Notes under the pieces: generated by a model | Told to the model about the DNA's origin: nothing | The model's input: only the letters and a program-made list of their open reading frames with translations | The model's database searches: none | NCBI GenBank assembly: GCA_964512835.1 | Contig: CAZELA010000001.1 | Location: forward strand, 41,372-105,371 | Direction: 5' to 3' | Length of the DNA stretch: 64,000 nucleotides | Origin: an uncultured Candidatus Saccharibacteria bacterium | Lineage (GTDB): Bacteria; Patescibacteriota; Minisyncoccia; Phycocordibacterales; UBA2100 | Shown: positions 29,096 to 39,305 of the stretch, piece by piece | How the letters are laid out: every line of letters begins with the position of its first letter | Numbering within the stretch: position 1 is the stretch's first letter | Position numbers and translations under genes: made by a program

Positions 29096-30163
29096 ATGCA
29101 TGTAAAAGTCTACGGAGCAGGTTCTATCGGTAATCATTTAACTCAGGCATCGCGTCGTATGGGGTGGGACGTGACTGTCGTTGACAGGGATCAGAAAGCG
29201 CTCGATCGCATGAAGCAGGACATCTACCCGACCCGCTACGGCGCGTGGGACGAGACGATCAGGCAATATGTCGCGGGCTCTGAGCCGAAAGGTGAGTACG
29301 ACATCGTCATGCTGGGTACACCGCCGAATGTGCGCATTCAGGTGGCGCTCGCGGCGCTCAAGGAAAAGCCGAAACTTATGCTGCTTGAAAAGCCGCTCTG
29401 CGGACCTGACGCAAAAGATCTTAAAAAACTTATTACGCTCGCAAAGAAACAAAAGACAATACTGCTCGTCGGTTATGATCACGGTGTTGCAGAGTCGGTT
29501 CAGTTCATCGTCTCAATGCTCGATAAGAAGCCGGTCGGCGAAATCCTCACGCTCGATGTTGAATTTCGTGAACACTGGGAAGGTATTTTCAAGGCGCACC
29601 CGTGGCTCTCGGGACCGAAAGATACGTATCTCGGATATATCGGTCGCGGAGGGGGTGCGTCCGGTGAGCATTCACACGCGCTGCATTTGTGGCAGTATCT
29701 TGCCCGTGTTGCCGGGCTCGGCACGTGGAAAGAGGTCAGTGCTGTATACGATATGAAGAAGAGCGGCGCGACCGAATACGACGCAATCGCCTCATTCACA
29801 TTCATGACCGACAAAAAGAAGGTGGGTCGTGTTATTCAGGACGTCGTAACGAAACCGACACGCAAATGGGCTCGGATCCAGGGAGAGAGCGGGTACATTG
29901 AGTGGTATTGCGGCGGCGATCCCCGCGGCGATGTCGTCAAATGGAAGACGTTGCGGGACGAGAGCGAGCAGGTTCGGGTTTTCGACAAAAAAAGGCCGGA
30001 TGACTTTTACCGAGAGATGCTCCACATCGACGATATTCTGCATAAGCGGGTGAAATACTCAGACTCGCCGATCAATATTGAAAGTGGCATCAGGGTCATA
30101 GAGGTGCTCAAAACAGCATATCCGAAGCGTGGTACGCCGCGCTCCGCCATTAAAAAGCTCTGA
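29096..30163 (+). CDS. Gfo/Idh/MocA-family NAD(P)-dependent oxidoreductase
   Basis: VKVYGAGSIG N-terminal Rossmann motif and LLEKPLCG (the EKP motif of the family). Confidence 0.5.
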   Translation: MHVKVYGAGSIGNHLTQASRRMGWDVTVVDRDQKALDRMKQDIYPTRYGAWDETIRQYVAGSEPKGEYDIVMLGTPPNVRIQVALAALKEKPKLMLLEKPLCGPDAKDLKKLITLAKKQKTILLVGYDHGVAESVQFIVSMLDKKPVGEILTLDVEFREHWEGIFKAHPWLSGPKDTYLGYIGRGGGASGEHSHALHLWQYLARVAGLGTWKEVSAVYDMKKSGATEYDAIASFTFMTDKKKVGRVIQDVVTKPTRKWARIQGESGYIEWYCGGDPRGDVVKWKTLRDESEQVRVFDKKRPDDFYREMLHIDDILHKRVKYSDSPINIESGIRVIEVLKTAYPKRGTPRSAIKKL

Positions 30164-30177
30164 CCGCAAGGGGGTGG

Positions 30178-32412
30178 GTGCGTGATACACTGGGCACCAT
30201 TATGACCCTTGAAAAGATCCTCCGAGGAGTTGCGATCGCGTCAGTGTTTGCCCTCCCGTTTATCTGCCTTATTGTTGCATCGTCACTCTTTTTCCCGTTC
30301 ATCACGGGTAAGAATTTTGCGTTCCGTATCATTACCGAGGTCGGGTTTGGTGCCACACTCGCGCTCATGTTCGTGGCCCGAGAATACCGGCCGAGACGCT
30401 CTCTGGTATTGATTGCACTGAGTGTTTTTACATTTGCGATCCTGATCTCGGATCTTTTCGGTGCGTATCCGTCCAAAAGTCTTTGGAGTAATTATGAGCG
30501 CATGGACGGATGGGTTACGCTCATCCATCTCTTGATGTATGTGATCGTTGCGGCATCCGTTATGCGCACCGAACGAATCTGGCGATGGCTCATGTGGACC
30601 TCGCTGGGAGTGTCGGTGTACCTGACGATCTACGGCCTGCTCCAGATCGCGGGCGTTACGGCGCTTGGTCAGGGCGGTGCCGGTGGCCTTGGTGCTCGTA
30701 TCGACGCAACCTTCGGAAATCCGATCTATTTCGCTGTCTACATGCTGTTCCATGTCTTCATCGCAGCTATGTTGTGGGCACAGGCATGGGTGGAGCGCGG
30801 TCCGGGCAAGCGCATGACGGTATCGTTCGTTTACGGTGCGATCATCATCGGCGACACATTCATGCTGCTCGCGACTGCGACCCGAGGTACGATCCTTGGG
30901 CTTATAGGCGGCGCACTGCTTGCAGCCGTACTGGTCCTTCTGCAGGCGAATCACTCCAAGACAGCGTGGCGAGCAGCGGCGGCAGGTGTCGTTGCGATCC
31001 TTGTGCTCATCGGCGGTTTTTGGCTCATCCGTGACGCATCGTTCGTGAAGAAGATCGGCTTCCTGCAGCGTATGGCAACCATATCGACGACCGATAACAC
31101 CGTAAAGGCGCGATTCTATAACTGGGGCATGGCATGGAAGGGCGTACAAGAGCGCCCGATATTCGGCTGGGGCCAGGAGAACTACGCGATCGTATTCGAC
31201 AAATACTATGATCCGCGCATGCACGGGCAGGAACCGTGGTTCGACCGCGTCCACAACATAATCTTTGACTGGCTGGTTGCCGGAGGATTTGTGGGACTTA
31301 TCGCGTACCTCTCGATCTTTGCCGCAACGCTCTTTGTGATCTGGCGCAGCGGAGCCTTCACTGTCGCCGAACGTGCGCTTATTACGGGGTTGCTCGCCGG
31401 GTACTTCATCCACAATTTCTTCGTATTCGACAACGTGACGAGTTACATCCTCTTTGGGACCGTACTCGCGTTTGTTATCTACCGTCACACGCAGTTCGAA
31501 AAGACGAAGCCGGTCATGTCATTCGGTACACTTTCCGAAAGTGCGCTACCGTTTGTCGCCATTGCGGCGGTCATACTGGTTTGGGGTGTCGCATGGGGCG
31601 TGAACGGTCGTCCGATGGCGGCAAACCGGGCCCTTCTTTCAGCACTCGCTACGCAAGGTAATCTGCAGGCGACATTCGAAGGGTTCGAGAAGGCGATATT
31701 CTACGGTACGTTCGGGAGCCAGGAGGCTCGCGAGCAGTTGGCGCAGGGTTCGTCGCAGATCGCGCAAGCGAATATTCCGAACGAGGTTAAACAACAATTC
31801 TACAATCTTGCGACCGAACAGATGACGATTCAGGCCGCGGAATCTCCGATGGATGCACGATTCCCGTTGTTCCTTGGTGTGTTGTACGATTCCTTCCAGG
31901 ATTACAAGAACGGACAGATCGCGCTCGAAAAGGCACAGGAACTTTCCCCGAAGAAACAGTCGATCATGTACGAGCGCGCACAGAATGCGGAGCTGCAGGG
32001 TCAGACAGAGCGTTCCATCGATTTGTACAAACAGGCGTTCGAACTCGACGAGAACCTGACCGATCCTCGCATTGTGTATGCTGCGGTGCTGATCCGAAAT
32101 AGCCGCGCTGCGCAGGCGGACGCTATTCTTGCGCCGATCATACCGACCGGTCAGGCAGCCGATCAGCGCATTCTCGCGAGCCTTGTCTCAATCAAGGACT
32201 ATGCACGCATCGCGCCGATATGGAATGCGTACATCGCAAAACACCCCGAAGACGTGCAGGGATTCTTCACGCTCGCAGCCGTCTACTACCAACAGGGCGA
32301 CAAGGCGCGAGCTATATCGACCTTGCAGGATGCGGTCAAGGCGCACCCGGAAGTGAGCGGACAGGTCACCGAGATCATTCAAAAGATCCAGTCCGGTGCC
32401 GCGGTCAACTAG
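30178..32412 (+). CDS. O-antigen ligase/Wzy_C-domain membrane protein fused to C-terminal TPR repeats
   Basis: ~400-aa polytopic N-terminal part with a large loop (WGMAWKGVQERPIFGWGQENY) typical of O-antigen ligase/polymerase. C-terminal ~250 aa of TPR-like helices (YERAQNAELQGQTERSIDLYKQAFELD, YYQQGDKARAISTLQDAV). Confidence 0.65.
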   Translation: MRDTLGTIMTLEKILRGVAIASVFALPFICLIVASSLFFPFITGKNFAFRIITEVGFGATLALMFVAREYRPRRSLVLIALSVFTFAILISDLFGAYPSKSLWSNYERMDGWVTLIHLLMYVIVAASVMRTERIWRWLMWTSLGVSVYLTIYGLLQIAGVTALGQGGAGGLGARIDATFGNPIYFAVYMLFHVFIAAMLWAQAWVERGPGKRMTVSFVYGAIIIGDTFMLLATATRGTILGLIGGALLAAVLVLLQANHSKTAWRAAAAGVVAILVLIGGFWLIRDASFVKKIGFLQRMATISTTDNTVKARFYNWGMAWKGVQERPIFGWGQENYAIVFDKYYDPRMHGQEPWFDRVHNIIFDWLVAGGFVGLIAYLSIFAATLFVIWRSGAFTVAERALITGLLAGYFIHNFFVFDNVTSYILFGTVLAFVIYRHTQFEKTKPVMSFGTLSESALPFVAIAAVILVWGVAWGVNGRPMAANRALLSALATQGNLQATFEGFEKAIFYGTFGSQEAREQLAQGSSQIAQANIPNEVKQQFYNLATEQMTIQAAESPMDARFPLFLGVLYDSFQDYKNGQIALEKAQELSPKKQSIMYERAQNAELQGQTERSIDLYKQAFELDENLTDPRIVYAAVLIRNSRAAQADAILAPIIPTGQAADQRILASLVSIKDYARIAPIWNAYIAKHPEDVQGFFTLAAVYYQQGDKARAISTLQDAVKAHPEVSGQVTEIIQKIQSGAAVN

Positions 32413-32491
32413 TTGCACGCGAACATCACGGCGCTATACTGCGCGTGTGAGTGTCACAATGTGTGATGCTTCCAAAGTTGAAAGACGAATG

Positions 32492-32520
32492 TACCGCCCG
32501 AAAGGGCGGTATTTCGTTTC
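32492..32520 (+). terminator. Rho-independent terminator after the O-antigen ligase gene
   Basis: taccgccc-gaaa-gggcggta perfect 8-bp GC-rich hairpin followed by a tttcgtttc U-rich tract. Confidence 0.55.
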
Positions 32521-32680
32521 CGGCCCAAGATAACATGTCATCTGCACCGTTATGGGCGCCCACGCGAATTCCTCAATGTACGTTCAGTACATCTCGGAAT
32601 GCGCGTTGCCCATGACTTGCATCTGTCACGTTCTGTCGGGCCTTGCAAATACAGTTCTAAAAAGACGCTCCTTTGATCAC

Positions 32681-32716
32681 AAATTAAAAACAGCTTCCGA
32701 GTGGAAGCTGTTTTTG
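32681..32716. terminator. Bidirectional intrinsic terminator-like hairpin
   Basis: aaattaaaaa-cagcttcc-gagt-ggaagctg-ttttt: an 8-bp stem flanked by an A-run and a T-run. Lies 3' of the minus-strand poly-Lys mini-ORF. Confidence 0.5.
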
Positions 32717-32756
32717 CAAACCGATCTGATCCGAAGATCGTATCGGGAAGCGAGAA

Positions 32757-32813
32757 CTATGCTCGCTTCTTAGCCTTCTTGGCCTTCTTTGCTGTCTTCT
32801 TCTTTTTTGCCAT
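32757..32813 (-). CDS. 18-aa poly-lysine mini-ORF (MAKKKKTAKKAKKAKKRA)
   Basis: ATG at 32813, stop TAG at 32757-32759, followed within 40 nt by the hairpin/T-run at 32681-32716. Too short for any homology argument. Confidence 0.2.
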   Translation of the reverse strand: MAKKKKTAKKAKKAKKRA

Positions 32814-33293
32814 GGTATTTTTTCTCGGTTGAGAGTATTCAATGGTATTAAATGTCGACCATCGCTTCGCGCGCGAAACGCAAGAGCGTTTAAATAATTA
32901 TTACACTCATGTGTGCGCTCGCTACGCATTGCGCATATAAGTGTGGATAACTCGTCATGTAAAAAATCTGAAGAAAATGTTTGAAAACTTTCTCAAACGA
33001 ATTTTTTTTCAAAAAAAGCGAGAACCAAAAAACAAATGCGTGCATTTGTTTTGAAAACGCGCGGTTTTCAACGCGTCGATTACGACGCTACTTTCCTCCA
33101 CGTGAAAACTGTTGTTTTCCCGAACCCTTTCATTTTTGGAGCACGCAGCGCACTCGTATGGGTCTTTTTATATTGACACCATGTGCCAATACAAAAAGAC
33201 GCAGGGCGGAAGGATGAAAGACGGGGAGTCTTTCATCCGGTTTGCGAAGCAAAATCCCGGTTGTGAGCGAAGCGAACAAGGGATAGGGCGAGC

Positions 33294-33363
33294 GAGCTCG
33301 CACCCGCCCCCCCCTTTTTTTTCCAAAAGAAAAGGACGCAGGGCGGAAGGCGGGTGCGAGCTC
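33294..33363. repeat. 15-bp perfect inverted repeat (gagctcgcacccgcc / ggcgggtgcgagctc) around a C8-T10 homopolymer loop
   Basis: Arms at 33294-33308 and 33349-33363. Loop contains cccccccc-tttttttttt. Adjacent direct repeat gacgcagggcggaagg at ~33199 and ~33336. Confidence 0.5.
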
Positions 33364-33530
33364 CAAAAAGTGAAAGTCTTATGTGAGTGCCGCCGCCCTC
33401 CGCGCTGCGTCCTTTATCGAAGCTGGGGTAAGCGTAGCATCGTGGCTGTGTTTTACAATCCTTTCCGCTCGGGCTTCGTACTGCGCCGCTTCATGTATTT
33501 TGGGGGCTTTTTGGGGTAGGATGGGCACTT

Positions 33531-36056
<2,526 letters not shown>

Positions 36057-36148
36057 AGCCGTATCTCGGCATCCGAGCTCGCCATATATTGTGCGATATC
36101 TCGGATAGGAAGATGTATCTCGGCAATCTACTAGATACTTAGTTTGGT

Positions 36149-36176
36149 GAGCGGCGGTCAGCAGACCGTCGCTTTT
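36149..36176 (+). terminator. Putative intrinsic terminator after secA
   Basis: agcggcggtc-agca-gaccgtcgct stem (1 mismatch) followed by tttt. Confidence 0.4.
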
Positions 36177-36327
36177 GATCTGCAGGTAGTCCTGAACACT
36201 CGCCTTGCGAGGCGTACGCGATACGTGTGGGAGTAGGGTAGAAGGCGGGCGCCGTGCGATGGGTGCCTCGTTCGAGCCGGGAGCCGGGGTTGTGGAGTGC
36301 GGGGGAAGCATCTGGTACAGTTCGGCG

Positions 36328-37758
36328 ATGGAAGAATTTGAGGCAACGATCGGGCTCGAAATACACGCAGAACTGAAGACGACGACAAAAATGTTTTGCT
36401 CGTCACGGAACGACCCGTTCAATGCAGCGGCTAATACTCATATTTGCCCGGTCTGTCTCGCGCACCCTGGAACACTTCCTGTAATCAACAAGGAGGCGGT
36501 CAGACAGGTTCTTCGCGTGGGGATCGCGCTCGGATCACGTCTTGCCGACTACACGGAGTTTGATCGTAAGAACTATTTTTATCCGGACCTGCCAAAGGGT
36601 TACCAGTTGAGCCAGTTTGAATATCCATTGGTATCCGGCGGTAAGCTCTTGGATGTAGAGATCACACGCGTGCACCTCGAGGAGGATACCGCGAGTTCGG
36701 AACACGATGATGCAACCGGTACGACGCGTATCGATTACAATCGTGCCGGTGTCCCGCTCATGGAACTTGTAACAGAGCCGGTTATAAAGTCGGCGGAACA
36801 AGCCGGTGCTTTTGCCCGTGAGCTACAGCTCATGCTGCGCTACTTGGGTGCGAGTGATGCGAACATGGAGCGAGGCGAGATGCGGGTAGAAGCGAATGTG
36901 TCTGTCGCACCGAAAGGAACTCGAAGCGCGGGGTATGTGGAGATCAAAAATCTGAACTCCTTCAAGGCGATGGAGCGTGCCGTCGCGTATGAGATAAAGC
37001 GACAGACGGCACTTGTTCGGGCCGGGGGAACGATCGAAAAGCAGACGCTGGGGTGGGATGACGCCAAGCAGGCAACCTTCCCACAGCGGACCAAGGAGGG
37101 CAGTGCGGACTACCGGTACTTTCCCGATCCCGATTTGCCTTCGCTCAAGCTCTCGGAGATCCCGGAGTTCTCGCAGGAAGCATTACGCGCGGATATGGGC
37201 GAGATGCCATCTGAAAGGCGTCTGCGCTACACCGGTGCTTCGATAAAGGTAGATGACGCTGATGCGTTCGTGCGTGACCCCCGATTCGGTGACTTTTTTG
37301 ATGCGGTCTCAAATAGTATGGATTCCGATGCCGCTCTGCTTGCGGCAAACTATATCGCAAACGACCTGGTAAAAATCGTCCGAGATATCGAAGACCGAGA
37401 TACGAAATCAATGGATATTTTGCCTGTTTCAGCCGACCATTTTCGCGCTCTTGTCACTCTTGCAAAGAAGGGTTCGATCAGTTCGCGAGTTGCCAAAGAT
37501 ATACTGCTCAAAATGGCGACGGAGGGGGTAGACCCGGAGGTGTATGCAAAAGAGCAAGGGCTTCTCGTTTCAGAAGACGCAGAATCACTCAAAAAAGTGG
37601 TTTCTGATGTTTTGAATGCCAACCCGACGGTCGTAGCTGACTTTAAGGCCGGTAAGGGTGCGGCCCTCGAATTCTTGCTTGGACAATGTATGCGTGTCTT
37701 GCGTGGTGCAGGGAATCCCGAGACCCTGAGAGCGCTTCTGAGCGACTCCATGAAGTAA
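36328..37758 (+). CDS. gatB: Asp-tRNA(Asn)/Glu-tRNA(Gln) amidotransferase subunit B
   Basis: FEATIGLEIHAELKTTTKMFCSSRN...HICPVCLAHPGTLPV (GatB N-terminus) and the C-terminal GatB_Yqey domain. Start placed at MEEFE (36328) rather than the upstream Met at 36205. Confidence 0.85.
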   Translation: MEEFEATIGLEIHAELKTTTKMFCSSRNDPFNAAANTHICPVCLAHPGTLPVINKEAVRQVLRVGIALGSRLADYTEFDRKNYFYPDLPKGYQLSQFEYPLVSGGKLLDVEITRVHLEEDTASSEHDDATGTTRIDYNRAGVPLMELVTEPVIKSAEQAGAFARELQLMLRYLGASDANMERGEMRVEANVSVAPKGTRSAGYVEIKNLNSFKAMERAVAYEIKRQTALVRAGGTIEKQTLGWDDAKQATFPQRTKEGSADYRYFPDPDLPSLKLSEIPEFSQEALRADMGEMPSERRLRYTGASIKVDDADAFVRDPRFGDFFDAVSNSMDSDAALLAANYIANDLVKIVRDIEDRDTKSMDILPVSADHFRALVTLAKKGSISSRVAKDILLKMATEGVDPEVYAKEQGLLVSEDAESLKKVVSDVLNANPTVVADFKAGKGAALEFLLGQCMRVLRGAGNPETLRALLSDSMK

Positions 37759-37827
37759 TCCCCATATCCACAGCGTATCTCGGATGCGCGAGAGTTTTGC
37801 CTGTACCGAAGGGTATATACTGGCGCG

Positions 37828-38772
37828 ATGTCAGACGAACTCTTCCTGAATGGAAAAACCTACGTCTCCTCAAAAAAAGCGGCTGAATCGACAGGTTATG
37901 CCCGCGACTACATCGGGCAGCTGGCACGAGGTCACCAGATTGACGCGGAGCGCGTCGGCGGCCTGTGGTACGTATCCCTCGAGTCTCTACGGGGCTACGA
38001 AAAGAATGCGGAGATCGCCAAAGCGCAACCACCGGTAAGCGTGGGATCCAAAGAGGCGGACTCCGCGTTGAGTTTCGAAGGAAAAGAGTACATATCGGCA
38101 TCCCGAGCATCGAAATTGAGCGGCTATAATCAGGATTATGTAGGGCAGCTGGCCCGCGGAGGCAAAATTCCGTCTCGACAGATCGGAAACCGTTGGTACG
38201 TCGACAGTGCGGCGCTCGTGAAGCATAAGGCGGAGAAAGACGCGCTGCTTGCCGCGGTTCAAGCCGAGTCGGTCGGTCTAAAGACTGGTTCATACGCGCA
38301 TGCGCCGAACCCAACAAGGGAAACCCAGATGATTTCGTTGCCGAAAGTCACCTATATGCAGGAAAGTTCCGCTCTTATGCCGATGATCCCGGAGAAGAAA
38401 CCCGAGATTCACTATCCGGTCAGTAATTTCTCGGAAGTTCGGCCTTCTGGCGACGTGCCTAGAGCTTACGACGCACCTGAGACGATACAAAGCCGTGTCT
38501 CCGCAGTTACTACGAGGCCGGCATTTATAACCCAGCATGAGTCAAAAAAGCGCTCGAAACGACTCATGCCGATTTCCATAGGTGTCCTAACCATCATTTT
38601 GATGCTATCAGTCGGCATCACTGCAACGCGAGGGACTGCATCATTTGCCACGATTCGGGATTCGGGTGCTGTATCTGCAATGACGGCGTCAGCCGTAGAA
38701 GCAACAGGGTATCTTGGTGACATTATAGAAGATCTCGTATCACCCGAACTCATCTACGAAAGAGGTCAGTAA
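37828..38772 (+). CDS. Membrane protein with two tandem N-terminal HTH_17 (Xis/MerR-like)-type motifs and one TM helix
   Basis: Two ~50-aa repeats, (Y/F)xS..+A+..GY..DY(I/V)GQLARGxxI...(V/I)G..WYV..xxL, at aa 5-55 and 83-135. TM segment ISIGVLTIILMLSVGITA near aa 250. The same motif opens the giant ORF downstream. Confidence 0.5.
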   Translation: MSDELFLNGKTYVSSKKAAESTGYARDYIGQLARGHQIDAERVGGLWYVSLESLRGYEKNAEIAKAQPPVSVGSKEADSALSFEGKEYISASRASKLSGYNQDYVGQLARGGKIPSRQIGNRWYVDSAALVKHKAEKDALLAAVQAESVGLKTGSYAHAPNPTRETQMISLPKVTYMQESSALMPMIPEKKPEIHYPVSNFSEVRPSGDVPRAYDAPETIQSRVSAVTTRPAFITQHESKKRSKRLMPISIGVLTIILMLSVGITATRGTASFATIRDSGAVSAMTASAVEATGYLGDIIEDLVSPELIYERGQ

Positions 38773-39305
38773 ACATTGTTCGGATAAACGAAATAACTAA
38801 TAAATAAGCCGTATATTAGGCTCGCAACGGAAAGCGCTGCGGGCGTTTTTAATACTGGTCACGTGAAGGGTGGCTTGGGATATCGATGGGGGCCGCGATC
38901 AGGAAAAGAGTCCGGTCCGTTCAAAAACTACTGCTAGAACTACTGCAAATACAGGGGGGGGTCTACAGGTGCTCGGGAACAGGCTATGGCGGCTCAGTTG
39001 AAAGACGTGTATCCCGTTACGAATTCAGTGCGTCCTAAGGAACTCTCGTTCGCGTTCACGGCTTTAAAAAATGCCGTCAATCGGATGCTCGACAGAAGAA
39101 CCTATACCCAAAAGTGGGAAGTTCGGATTTGATCGTTCCATAACAGCTATGGGACACGTTCCGCTTTGTAATCGAAGTACGGTTTGACGAGAAGAAAAGA
39201 AAAATATTTGATTGATGAACTTATCCACTCGTGTGTGTCCGATACGTGTCCGATGTCCGAAATAGCTAGTAAAATACTAGTAAATTCGTTCGCGCGAAAT
39301 CGTTC

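Noticed and set aside
32684-32929. 81-aa Arg-rich minus-strand ORF (QKRRRQQRRPRRLR) in the non-coding gap
   Set aside because: Reads straight through the hairpin/T-run terminator at 32681-32716 and is the frame-shifted image of the Lys-rich stretch. The 18-aa Lys-rich frame that stops before the terminator is the more economical reading, and even that is low confidence.
32413-33530. Search for tRNA, tmRNA, SRP RNA or RNase P RNA in the 1.1-kb gap
   Set aside because: No GTTCGAATCC-type T-loop, no tmRNA tag-reading frame, and no SRP (GGAAGCAGCC) or RNase P P4 (AGGAAAGTCCGG) consensus found by eye. Left as 'structured non-coding, unassigned'.
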